64,000 bases of DNA from Chitinophagales bacterium (lineage in GTDB: Bacteria > Bacteroidota > Bacteroidia > Chitinophagales > Chitinophagaceae). The stretch lies in the NCBI GenBank assembly GCA_038228575.1, contig JBBRPD010000002.1, positions 44,781 through 108,780 on the forward strand, in the 5' to 3' direction. The position numbers and the translations under genes are program-made. The notes beneath the pieces are model-generated. The model had not been told where the DNA came from and did not search any database. It was given only the letters and a program-made list of their open reading frames with translations. The first letter of the stretch is position 1. Every line of letters begins with the position of its first letter. This document shows, piece by piece, positions 46,615-54,644 of this stretch.

Positions 46615-47218
46615 ATGTTCAATTCTCATTATCCATTTATCAGCTTAGGGAAAGCGGAAACAAATTCATTAAACCCAAGCAAAAGAATATTTTATAAGTT
46701 CTATGCCCGGCATAGAACTTATTTAGTTACTATGGATGTTTATTCCTTTAGTTACTATGGAGGTATATTCCTTCAATTTAATGGCCATAAAGTATTGCGA
46801 TGTAAAAGATAAAGGCTCCGGCAAGGCATGTCATAAAATTTTCAACGACAGTGATGCTATAAAAGTGATTGGTACCTGTTTCCATATTATGTGGAAACAT
46901 TGGCAAAAAGACAACTCTGTTAACTTTGTTTTCCATGCTTCGCTTCGGCACATGACAGAAGAAATTCTATCAAAAAAGGCCATCCCTATTGCGCTACTTC
47001 CCCCCTTTTTAGAGAATTACCGTCGCGCACAATACCAGATATACAGATATGGCATGCTGAATTTATTCTCATATGAGCATTTCATACCGTTTTCAGACAA
47101 GATTAATTGTGTTTACGTTTTAATAAACCGAAACCAACAAAACCCCTATGAAATTATTGATAAACTCACTTCATTTTTATTAGAGCATCACGATATTTTA
47201 TTTGACCCAGAGGGCTAG
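46615..47218 (+). pseudogene. Hypothetical gene apparently split by a 25-bp tandem duplication (ORFs 46615-46812 and 46736-47218). Alternatively an intact 146-aa CDS from ATG 46781.
   Basis: Deleting either 25-bp copy puts the two ORFs in one 192-codon frame. Both copies encode LVTM(D/E)VYS in their respective frames. Confidence 0.4.
46723..46772. repeat. 25-bp tandem duplication (23/25 identical)
   Basis: TTAGTTACTATGGATGTTTATTCCT / TTAGTTACTATGGAGGTATATTCCT, preceded 2 nt upstream by the 12-bp-arm palindrome AAGTTCTATGCC-C-GGCATAGAACTT (46696-46720). Confidence 0.95.
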
Positions 47219-47475
47219 GCAAATTCAACTATACAATCATCTTGCAAACATTAACTGCCGAAGCAGTAGTATCTTAACGTAATATTTTCAGCTTAAACTG
47301 GGTTCAGACTCTTAATTTTGTGCTTATACTAAACCAAATTAATTTTACATGTGAAATTAATTTTAAATAAATTTCCGAACGGTCATTTTTCTTTACCACG
47401 TACTACACAATATCAAAAATGTTTTTCCGGTTGCCTAAAATCCCTTAATTTCGATGTTATTATTTTGATATTTTT

Positions 47476-47775
47476 ATGACTACCACTTTGCACAACCATG
47501 GTACGCAATGGCAAACCAATGAGGAAACGGATCTCGATGTACTCGAAGAAGAGGTCCATAGCCTTATAGTTTGGAATGATGAAGTGAACACCTTCGATTG
47601 GGTTATTGCCTCACTTATTGAAATATGTGGCCATTCTGAACAGCAGGCAGAACAATGTGCCATGATCATACACAATTCTGGCAAATACGCCGTAAAACGT
47701 GGCAGTTTTGATTTTTTGCGCCCACAGGCTGAAGCCCTTATTGACCGGGACATACAAGCGACGATTGACTATTGA
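47476..47775 (+). CDS. clpS: ATP-dependent Clp protease adaptor ClpS
   Basis: 99 aa; 'LIVWNDEVNTFDWVI..L...CGHS..QAEQCA..IH..G...V..G' ClpS core. Confidence 0.9.
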   Translation: MTTTLHNHGTQWQTNEETDLDVLEEEVHSLIVWNDEVNTFDWVIASLIEICGHSEQQAEQCAMIIHNSGKYAVKRGSFDFLRPQAEALIDRDIQATIDY

Positions 47776-47823
47776 CATTGCACATCACCAACCATAAATC
47801 ATATATAAAATAACATCCAACTC

Positions 47824-48438
47824 ATGAAAAACACGTTCCTCGCTTTAGCTACATTCGCATTTACGACTATTATAAGCCCAGCATTCGCACAGAATGCTGA
47901 CAAATTGAACCCGGGCGATGCACTACCTGCAAAGGATGTGACCATGAAAAATACCATTGGTAAAGATATTACCCTTGGTGGTGCTGTTGGTAAAAATGGT
48001 TTACTGGTTATGTTTTCATGCAATACCTGCCCGTTTGTTATTAAAAATGAGTCTGTTACCAAAAAAACAATGCAGTATGCTTCTGCCCACAATGTAGGTA
48101 TGGTCATTATCAATTCTAACGAAGCAAAGCGTGATGGCGATGATTCTTATGCCGAAATGAAGAAATATGGTATGAAGCAGCGTTATACCGTTCCCTATGT
48201 TGCCGATGATAACGCAAAGGTTGCCGATCTTTTCGGTGCCAACCACACTCCGGAAGTTTTCCTGTTCGATAAAACCGGTAAGTTAGTTTACAAAGGTGCG
48301 ATGAACGACAACCCATCCGATCCATCAGGCTATAAAATCATGTATATCAACGATGCAATTGATGCATTGGTAGCGGGTAAAGAGGTAACTACAAAAACTA
48401 CAAAATCAATAGGTTGCAGCATTAAGAGAAAAGCCTAA
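47824..48438 (+). CDS. Thioredoxin-fold (TlpA/redoxin-like) secreted protein
   Basis: Signal peptide, 'FSCNTCPFV' CxxC motif, 'HTPEVFLFD' thioredoxin-fold cis-Pro region. Confidence 0.75.
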   Translation: MKNTFLALATFAFTTIISPAFAQNADKLNPGDALPAKDVTMKNTIGKDITLGGAVGKNGLLVMFSCNTCPFVIKNESVTKKTMQYASAHNVGMVIINSNEAKRDGDDSYAEMKKYGMKQRYTVPYVADDNAKVADLFGANHTPEVFLFDKTGKLVYKGAMNDNPSDPSGYKIMYINDAIDALVAGKEVTTKTTKSIGCSIKRKA

Positions 48439-48547
48439 AATTAAGGCATTCATACCGGCGTACTTGTCATAAACGAGTGAAAATCTTTATGTTAGTTCCT
48501 CTGTGAATTAATAATAAAATAAATTTTTGCCATACTTTACAATTTAG

Positions 48548-48555
48548 TAATTTTG
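48548..48555 (+). promoter_or_regulatory. -7 box TAATTTTG
   Basis: Exact TAnnTTTG match, 46 nt upstream of ATG 48601. Confidence 0.4.
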
Positions 48556-48600
48556 CGGTAATAGTAATTGGGGTACTTTGCCTTGCTAAACCGTTCAGGT

Positions 48601-51054
48601 ATGTTATTGAAACTTTACATTAATAAATTTATATACTTTTTTACCGCGTTAATTTTAGCTGTATCGTTGCCCGCATCGGCTCAGCTAACAGTTACAGCGA
48701 GCTCTACCGCAGCACTGTTGGCCGCAAAACTGGCTGGCCCCGGCATCACCATTGTAAGCGATACACTCGTTTGTAATACACTTGCCAACGGCACATTTGT
48801 TTCGGTATCAACGCCAATAGCAATTGATAGTGGTATCATTTTAAGTTCTGGCAGGGCCGCATCTACATCCGGGCCATCCAGCACTTTAGCTTCCAGTAGT
48901 TTTAGCGGTGCCGGCGATGCCGACCTAAATGCACTTATGGGCAGTGGTGTAAGCCGTGATGCCTGTGCGCTCATTATACACTTTATACCAAAAGGCGATA
49001 CAGTTAGTTTCAACTATCAATTTGGCTCGGAAGAATATATACAAGCTACCTGCGGACCTTATAACGATGCATTTGGTTTCTTTCTGGCGGGCCCGGGGGT
49101 ATCATCTACCTATCCTGGTGTTAACATGGCGCTTGTACCGGGCACCAACATACCAGTTGCTGTAAACAGTATCAATATAGGCACGGCAGGTACATGTAGT
49201 GGTTGCGCATATTCTAATTGCACGGCAATGGGCAGCGGATCTCCTTTTACCGCCTATTATATTGATAATACTGCCGGCACCACCGTTACTTACAAGGGCC
49301 TTACCACATTGCTCACTGCAAAGCACTGGGTGCAACCCTGCGATACCTACCGTATAAAGCTGGTAATTGGCGATGGTGGTACCAGCAGCAGCCCTAACTA
49401 CATTTATGATTCCGGCGTTTTCATTGAAGCAGGGAGCCTTAAAACCAATTCGTACTATTTCGATAATGCGTCGATTGGCCATACTATTTTAGGGTTGCCT
49501 AATGCCGTAGTAAAGGGTTGTGGACCAGATTCTATAAAGATAAAAAGTGGCCGGAGCTCTGCTACGCCAACCAAATTTTACCTGAGTTATGCCGGAACGG
49601 GTGTAGCAGGAACCGATTACACTACCCTACCCGATTCCGTTACCATGCCTGCGGGCGATACGTCCTTCGCCTTCCCGGTAACAGGTATCACTACAACTGC
49701 AGCCGGCGTTAAGACGATTGTAGTTTACCTGAGCAACAGCGCTATTTGCGGCATTATTGATACCGTAACCATCAACCTGATTGACCACCCATCGTTAGCT
49801 ATTACAACCAGCGATACAACAGTTTGTAAAGGTACTTCGGTACAGATACACGCAACAGCCAGCACCGGCCTTAGTTATGGCTGGACACCCGCTACCTACC
49901 TGAACAATGCAACCCTGCTTAACCCTATTTCAACCCCTACAACAACTATTACTTACACGCTAACTGCAACCCTGCCAGGTTCGTTATGCCCGGCATTTAC
50001 AAAAAACCTAACTATAACTACAGTTGAACCAAGCATAACTGTTTTAACACCCGATACAACCGTGTGCCAGGGTGCCAGTTTCTTAATACGAGTTGCAGGA
50101 CCAGATAGCCTTATTTACAGTTGGGCACCCGTTACCGACCTGAATAGTGCAGGTGTAAAGCAACCGGGCGTTACCAACATACAGGCGACTACCACGTATA
50201 CAGTAACCGCGGCTATATTGGGCACTACCTGCAACACTCAAAAGCAAATCACCATTACAGTTATCCCAACCGATTTTGTTATTAAAACACTGGATACATT
50301 CTTCTGCACTGGTGCAACTCTATACCTGAATGCCGATGTTACCCCGCCAGCTTCTACCTACTCTTATCTGTGGACTGGACCTGGTGGTTACACTTCTGCC
50401 CTGCTTAACCCTGTTATCACCACCATTACCCTGGCAAATGCAGGCACCTATACACTTACGGTAACCAATTCAGGACTATGCTCTGCAAACGCAATAGAGA
50501 ACGTTACAGTATACCCTACGCCTCCATCAACTATTCTTGCTCCACCAATTATTCTTTGTCAGTATTCGCCATCGTTAACACTGGAAGTGCCGGGTTATAA
50601 CAATCTGCTTTGGTATTCATCGTACAACGACAATACACCCAGTGTTAAAGCACCATTGCCAAGCACAGATAGTATAGGCGTATTCCAATACTTTGCTTCT
50701 CAAATTTCTTTCAGAAATAACTGCCTGAGCGAAAAAGTGCCTATTGAAGTAACGGTAAAATCATGCTGCACCGGAACTGTATTTGTACCTACAGCCTTTA
50801 CACCGAACGCCGACGGGAATAACGATGTATTGCGGGTAATAAGGACAGCAGACTACGCCTTGAATGTGTTTACCATTTACGATCGTTGGGGCACTATAGT
50901 GTTCCAGTCGAACGGAGATAAACAAGCCTGGGATGGCACTGTAAACGGCCAACCAGCCGATATAGGCACCTACTACTATGTTGCCTTCGTAACATGCCAG
51001 AGCAGCGACAAACATAACATAACGCTGAAGGGAGATGTTACGTTGATCAGGTAA
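48601..51054 (+). CDS. Choice-of-anchor-L-like adhesin with Ig-like repeats and T9SS type B (gliding-motility CHU_C) C-terminal domain
   Basis: I prefer ATG 48601 (signal ..SLPASAQ). N-terminal 'GIILSSG....GP......F.G.GDADL..L..........DA..L.F.F.P.GD...F.Y.FGSEEY'. C-terminal 'VPTAFTPNADGNNDVLRV....YDRWG..VF......AWDG'. Confidence 0.85.
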   Translation: MLLKLYINKFIYFFTALILAVSLPASAQLTVTASSTAALLAAKLAGPGITIVSDTLVCNTLANGTFVSVSTPIAIDSGIILSSGRAASTSGPSSTLASSSFSGAGDADLNALMGSGVSRDACALIIHFIPKGDTVSFNYQFGSEEYIQATCGPYNDAFGFFLAGPGVSSTYPGVNMALVPGTNIPVAVNSINIGTAGTCSGCAYSNCTAMGSGSPFTAYYIDNTAGTTVTYKGLTTLLTAKHWVQPCDTYRIKLVIGDGGTSSSPNYIYDSGVFIEAGSLKTNSYYFDNASIGHTILGLPNAVVKGCGPDSIKIKSGRSSATPTKFYLSYAGTGVAGTDYTTLPDSVTMPAGDTSFAFPVTGITTTAAGVKTIVVYLSNSAICGIIDTVTINLIDHPSLAITTSDTTVCKGTSVQIHATASTGLSYGWTPATYLNNATLLNPISTPTTTITYTLTATLPGSLCPAFTKNLTITTVEPSITVLTPDTTVCQGASFLIRVAGPDSLIYSWAPVTDLNSAGVKQPGVTNIQATTTYTVTAAILGTTCNTQKQITITVIPTDFVIKTLDTFFCTGATLYLNADVTPPASTYSYLWTGPGGYTSALLNPVITTITLANAGTYTLTVTNSGLCSANAIENVTVYPTPPSTILAPPIILCQYSPSLTLEVPGYNNLLWYSSYNDNTPSVKAPLPSTDSIGVFQYFASQISFRNNCLSEKVPIEVTVKSCCTGTVFVPTAFTPNADGNNDVLRVIRTADYALNVFTIYDRWGTIVFQSNGDKQAWDGTVNGQPADIGTYYYVAFVTCQSSDKHNITLKGDVTLIR

Positions 51055-51158
51055 TTGGCTGGTTAGTTTTCAGCTACCAAACAACCTTTCATTTACCGTT
51101 TCGTAACGTTGAAATGCAGTAACTTTATGTTGTACACCACAACTAAATGTATTGCTTC

Positions 51159-51467
51159 ATGAAACAGGACTACGGCACACTGTCCCAAACAATAAACGGC
51201 CTTAAAAAAGAAGGCTACAGCATTGATTTTAACCTGCAGAAAAATGCCATTATTTGCAGCAATAATACCGCAACACTTTCTGCTGAAGATTTTGAGATAG
51301 ACGCTGTGTTTCGTTTTGAAGGCGAATCCAACCCTGATGATGAAAGTGTTGTGTACGCCATATCTTCTACGAAAAGCGGAGTGAAGGGCATACTGGTCAA
51401 TGCTTTCGGCATTTATGCTGATGAAATTTCAGATGCACTGATAGCTAAGCTGCACAGGCATGCATAG
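51159..51467 (+). CDS. Conserved hypothetical protein
   Basis: 102 aa from ATG 51159 (MKQDYGTLSQTINGLKKEGY..). Resembles a small family common in Bacteroidota; function unknown. Confidence 0.55.
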   Translation: MKQDYGTLSQTINGLKKEGYSIDFNLQKNAIICSNNTATLSAEDFEIDAVFRFEGESNPDDESVVYAISSTKSGVKGILVNAFGIYADEISDALIAKLHRHA

Positions 51468-51597
51468 AAGCCACATCCCCAGCCCTTATCCTATTGAGAA
51501 GAGTGAATTGCTCCGCTATAAATCTGTAGTATTATTTGCGTACCTGCGACAATGTATTTCTAACAGGTGACAACCGCAAACTACCATAACAATAGTA

Positions 51598-51873
51598 CTT
51601 CTTTCACCGTTTTATTCATGTTGAAGCCCTACGGGCTTCGTGTTGCTTTTTTTACATACTGGGAGTTTCACTCCCGGCTATTGTAGTTCAAGCCCTCTGG
51701 GCTTATGCTACCAGCAAACAAAAACGAGTCGCTGTTCTAAAGAGTGCTTCTTTCACCGTTTTATTCATGTTGAAGCCCTTCGGGCTTCGTGTTGCTTTTT
51801 TTGCATACCGGGAGTTTCACTCCCGGCTATTGTAATTCAAGCCCTCTGGGCTTATGCTACCAGCAAACAAAAA
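51598..51873. repeat. Tandem duplication of a 149-bp hairpin-triad unit (family B)
   Basis: Landmarks repeat at exactly +149 (GAAGCCC at 51623 and 51772). About 97% identical over the first 127 nt. Each unit has hairpins GAAGCCC-nnn-GGGCTTC (+T-run), GGGAG-TTTCA-CTCCC and AGCCC-TCT-GGGCT. An inverted partial copy lies at 52125-52150. Confidence 0.9.
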
Positions 51874-51895
51874 GGAGTTATTGTTGTAATACCAT

Positions 51896-52030
51896 TTATA
51901 CATAATAAACCGGCAGGGTTGCGATTGTTGTGTACCTACCGGCACACGGTTTATTTAATTGGTTAGCAACTACAAACCTTCTGCACTTACCACCGCAATG
52001 ACATGATTTTAGCGCCGTATTTTGATGTAT
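51896..52030. repeat. Dispersed repeat family C, copy 1
   Basis: TTATACATAATAA.CCGGCA..GTT....ATTGTTGTGTACCTAC(C)GGCACACGGTTT.ATTTAATTG.. is shared with 54085-54222 in direct orientation, about 75-85% identical by eye. Confidence 0.8.
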
Positions 52031-52283
52031 AAAGGGTATAAGAGCTTTGCACGTACTTTGCTTACACCCTGTCGTGACGAAATTTGAGATGCAAATAGTC
52101 CACTACCTTACTTCAGTTATAGAAAAGCCCAAAGGGCTTTAACATGAATAGCCCCTGGTGAAACCAGGGGAAACAACAACAACATTTGCGAACCCTGAAA
52201 GGGTTCAACTTCTCTAGTAATTGGGATGAACATTACCCGTTGATTGCCGTATACTCGATCAAACGACAGCTCCATTCCACACA

Positions 52284-52365
52284 GTCCTTGCGAACGTAAT
52301 GAAGCAATCTCACACAAACTTATGTGCGCCTTTGAGATTGCTTCGGCGAAGGGCTTCGCAAAGAC
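52284..52365. repeat. Composite imperfect palindrome
   Basis: Perfect 12-bp arms GAAGCAATCTCA (52301-52312) / TGAGATTGCTTC (52333-52344), nested in 10/12-matching outer arms GTCCTTGCGAAC / CTTCGCAAAGAC. Confidence 0.85.
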
Positions 52366-52442
52366 CATCCTTTTTAGCAACCCTCAAAACCCTTACCAGT
52401 ACTGCATTTCAGCGCACAAGAAAAATTATTCCAAAAAAATAA

Positions 52443-52475
52443 TTTGGAAAATTGAAAACGTTGCTGTTACCTTTG
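52443..52475 (+). promoter_or_regulatory. Bacteroidetes-type promoter (-33 TTTG, -7 TACCTTTG) for the riboswitch-controlled transcript
   Basis: TTTG at 52443-52446 and TACCTTTG at 52468-52475 (21-nt spacer), about 17 nt before the riboswitch P1 stem. Confidence 0.5.
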
Positions 52476-52491
52476 CATCAGTTCTTTTATA

Positions 52492-52615
52492 TCACTTATC
52501 AAGAAAGGCAGAGGGTCATGGCCCGCTGAAGCCTTAGCAACCTCTTCCGCCGCAAGCGGAAAGCTGGTGCTAAATCCATCCTATATTTCTTAACTGAAAT
52601 TGGGAAAGATAAGTC
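52492..52615 (+). promoter_or_regulatory. SAM-I (S-box) riboswitch aptamer
   Basis: CTTATCAAGAAAGGCAGAGGGTCATGGCCCGCTGAAGCCTTAGCAACC...GGTGCTAAATCC...AAAGATAAG. Has the P1 CTTATC/GATAAG pairing, the GAGGG..GGCCC pseudoknot/kink region, and the AGCAACC and GGTGCTAAATCC conserved cores. Confidence 0.9.
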
Positions 52616-52660
52616 AGACGCACTAGTGAAAATTTTCCTTGAACGGAATTGAAATAACTT

Positions 52661-52692
52661 AAGCTCCTCTGATTTATCGGTGGAGCTTTTTT
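52661..52692 (+). terminator. Riboswitch expression-platform intrinsic terminator
   Basis: AAGCTCC-(14 nt)-GGAGCTT followed by TTTTTT, 45 nt after the aptamer and 119 nt before the ATG. Confidence 0.8.
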
Positions 52693-52810
52693 CATGCCCG
52701 TACTTACCCAAAAAGTAAGTTACGGGTACTGGGGAAGCTATGCCGGTAAGCCTCCTGGTAAGTGGTTAAATTTATAATTTATTTTTAACTATATAAAAAC
52801 CAGTAGCAAC

Positions 52811-54007
52811 ATGAGCAAAGCAACAGATCTGATTCACAGTATTCCAGTTGACCCATTGACAGGCGCAATTTCAGTGCCTATTTACCAGACATCTACCTAT
52901 GTGCAAGAGGCACCCGGCGAGAACAAGGGCTATGATTATGCCCGTAGTAATAACCCCACCCGCGGCGCTCTGGAAGACATTGCGGCAAAGCTGGAGCACG
53001 GCGTGGCAGGCTATGCATTTGCGAGCGGCCTGGCTGCCATAGATGCAGTGGTGAAACTGCTGCAGAGCGGAGATGAGATACTCGCAGTTGATGATATTTA
53101 TGGCGGCGCGTTCCGGCTGTTCACCCACATCTACCAGAAGTTCGGTATCAAGATCAACTATGTTGATACCACCGATGCGGTAAATGTGGCAGATGCGATA
53201 ACACCTAATACCAAACTCGTTTGGCTGGAAACACCCACCAACCCTACCCTGAAGATAAGCGACATAAAAGCTATTGCGAAAATTGCGCACCTGCATAATG
53301 CGCTATTATGCGTTGATAATACGTTCGCATCACCCGCCCTTCAACAGCCGATTTTGCTAGGTGCCGATATTATTGTGCACAGTGCCACGAAGTATCTCGG
53401 TGGCCACAGCGACCTTATAGCCGGCCTTGTTATTACGGCAACAAAGGAACTTGGCGACAAAATAAAGTTCATTCAAAACGCCAGCGGGGCCATCCTCGCA
53501 CCACACGACAGCTGGCTGGTGATAAGGGGTATTGAAACCCTACACCTGCGTGTGAACCAGCATAGCAAAAATGCCCTGGAAGTAGCGCAATACCTGCTCA
53601 CCCACCCTGCAGTTGATACGGTTTACTATCCAGGTTTACCTACTCACAAAAACCATAAAATAGCCCAAAAGCAGCAGAGCGCAGGCGGCGGCATCGTAAC
53701 GTTTACGCTGAAAAATGATACCGAAAACGCTGCAAAAAATGTGGTCTGTAATACGCGTTTATTCAAACTGGCGGAAAGCCTTGGCGGAGTGAAAAGCTTA
53801 CTGTGCCACCCCGCTACTATGACGCACAAAAGCATACCCTTAGCAACAAGGCAGGCGGCAGGTGTGAGGGACAGCCTGATAAGACTCAGCGTGGGCCTGG
53901 AGGATGCAGAAGACCTGATAGAAGATATAGAGCAAGCGCTGGATTACGCAACGATTTCCGCTGTGCAAGAAAACAATTCTTCAGCAGGGATAGCAATAGG
54001 TAGCTAA
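52811..54007 (+). CDS. PLP-dependent transsulfuration enzyme (cystathionine gamma-synthase / beta-lyase / O-acylhomoserine thiol-lyase family)
   Basis: 398 aa; 'YARSNNPTR', 'DNTFASP', 'HSATKYLGGHSD' (PLP-lysine), 'SLGGVKSL..HPA.MTH'. Confidence 0.9.
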   Translation: MSKATDLIHSIPVDPLTGAISVPIYQTSTYVQEAPGENKGYDYARSNNPTRGALEDIAAKLEHGVAGYAFASGLAAIDAVVKLLQSGDEILAVDDIYGGAFRLFTHIYQKFGIKINYVDTTDAVNVADAITPNTKLVWLETPTNPTLKISDIKAIAKIAHLHNALLCVDNTFASPALQQPILLGADIIVHSATKYLGGHSDLIAGLVITATKELGDKIKFIQNASGAILAPHDSWLVIRGIETLHLRVNQHSKNALEVAQYLLTHPAVDTVYYPGLPTHKNHKIAQKQQSAGGGIVTFTLKNDTENAAKNVVCNTRLFKLAESLGGVKSLLCHPATMTHKSIPLATRQAAGVRDSLIRLSVGLEDAEDLIEDIEQALDYATISAVQENNSSAGIAIGS

Positions 54008-54084
54008 GGAAGCAAAACATCACCTAAAAGATAGCTGCGGCTGCGAATATCATGAACGCCATGCCAATTATAAAGCTAGAGCAG

Positions 54085-54222
54085 TTATACATAATAATCC
54101 GGCACAGTTACTATTGTTGTGTACCTACGGCACACGGTTTCATTTAATTGATTACTAGCTACAAACATTTTGCACCTAGCGGAGCAATGACATGATGTTA
54201 GTACCGTAGTTTAAAGTATGAA
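54085..54222. repeat. Dispersed repeat family C, copy 2
   Basis: See 51896-52030. The two copies start 2189 bp apart. Confidence 0.8.
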
Positions 54223-54644
54223 TGGAATCAGACCGAGATGTAAGGCATCCACATTCAGAAAATAGCTCACACCCTGCTTGAATCAATGTAATGGGCAAGA
54301 ACGGCTTGTAGAGATCCTTCACTGCGTTCAGGATGACAAAGTTAGAATGGAGTGTTGTAAAGCACCCTAAGGCCTACAACCATAATAGCGGAGGGTGCAA
54401 TCAGTAGAATATAACCGCAAAACGAACTCCGAAGGAGTTCAATCTCGGTCCAACACGCCCGCCAGCTAAGAATAACTTAGGAACGGTACAATTATACATC
54501 TAAACAACGCATCGGTGCCGTAGGGTAAAAACCAATATAAATACATCTCTGGAAGCTAATGCTTATCGAATAAAAAGGACGATGCAATTGCTTCGACCAA
54601 GGGTAGCAAAACCAAAAAAAATTCATTTAAAAAAACAAACCAAC

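Noticed and set aside
51640-52537. Track ORFs 51640-51966 (+), 52117-52380 (-) and 52244-52537 (+)
   Set aside because: They are translations of the hairpin repeat modules (the same peptide strings recur with the repeats) and run into the riboswitch promoter, so they are not credible genes.
54550-54610. Second S-box-like start (GCTTATCGAATAAAAAGGA...) upstream of homoserine dehydrogenase
   Set aside because: It lacks the GAGGG/GGCCC, GCAACC and GGTGC..AATCC cores. Only the CTTATC string matches by chance.
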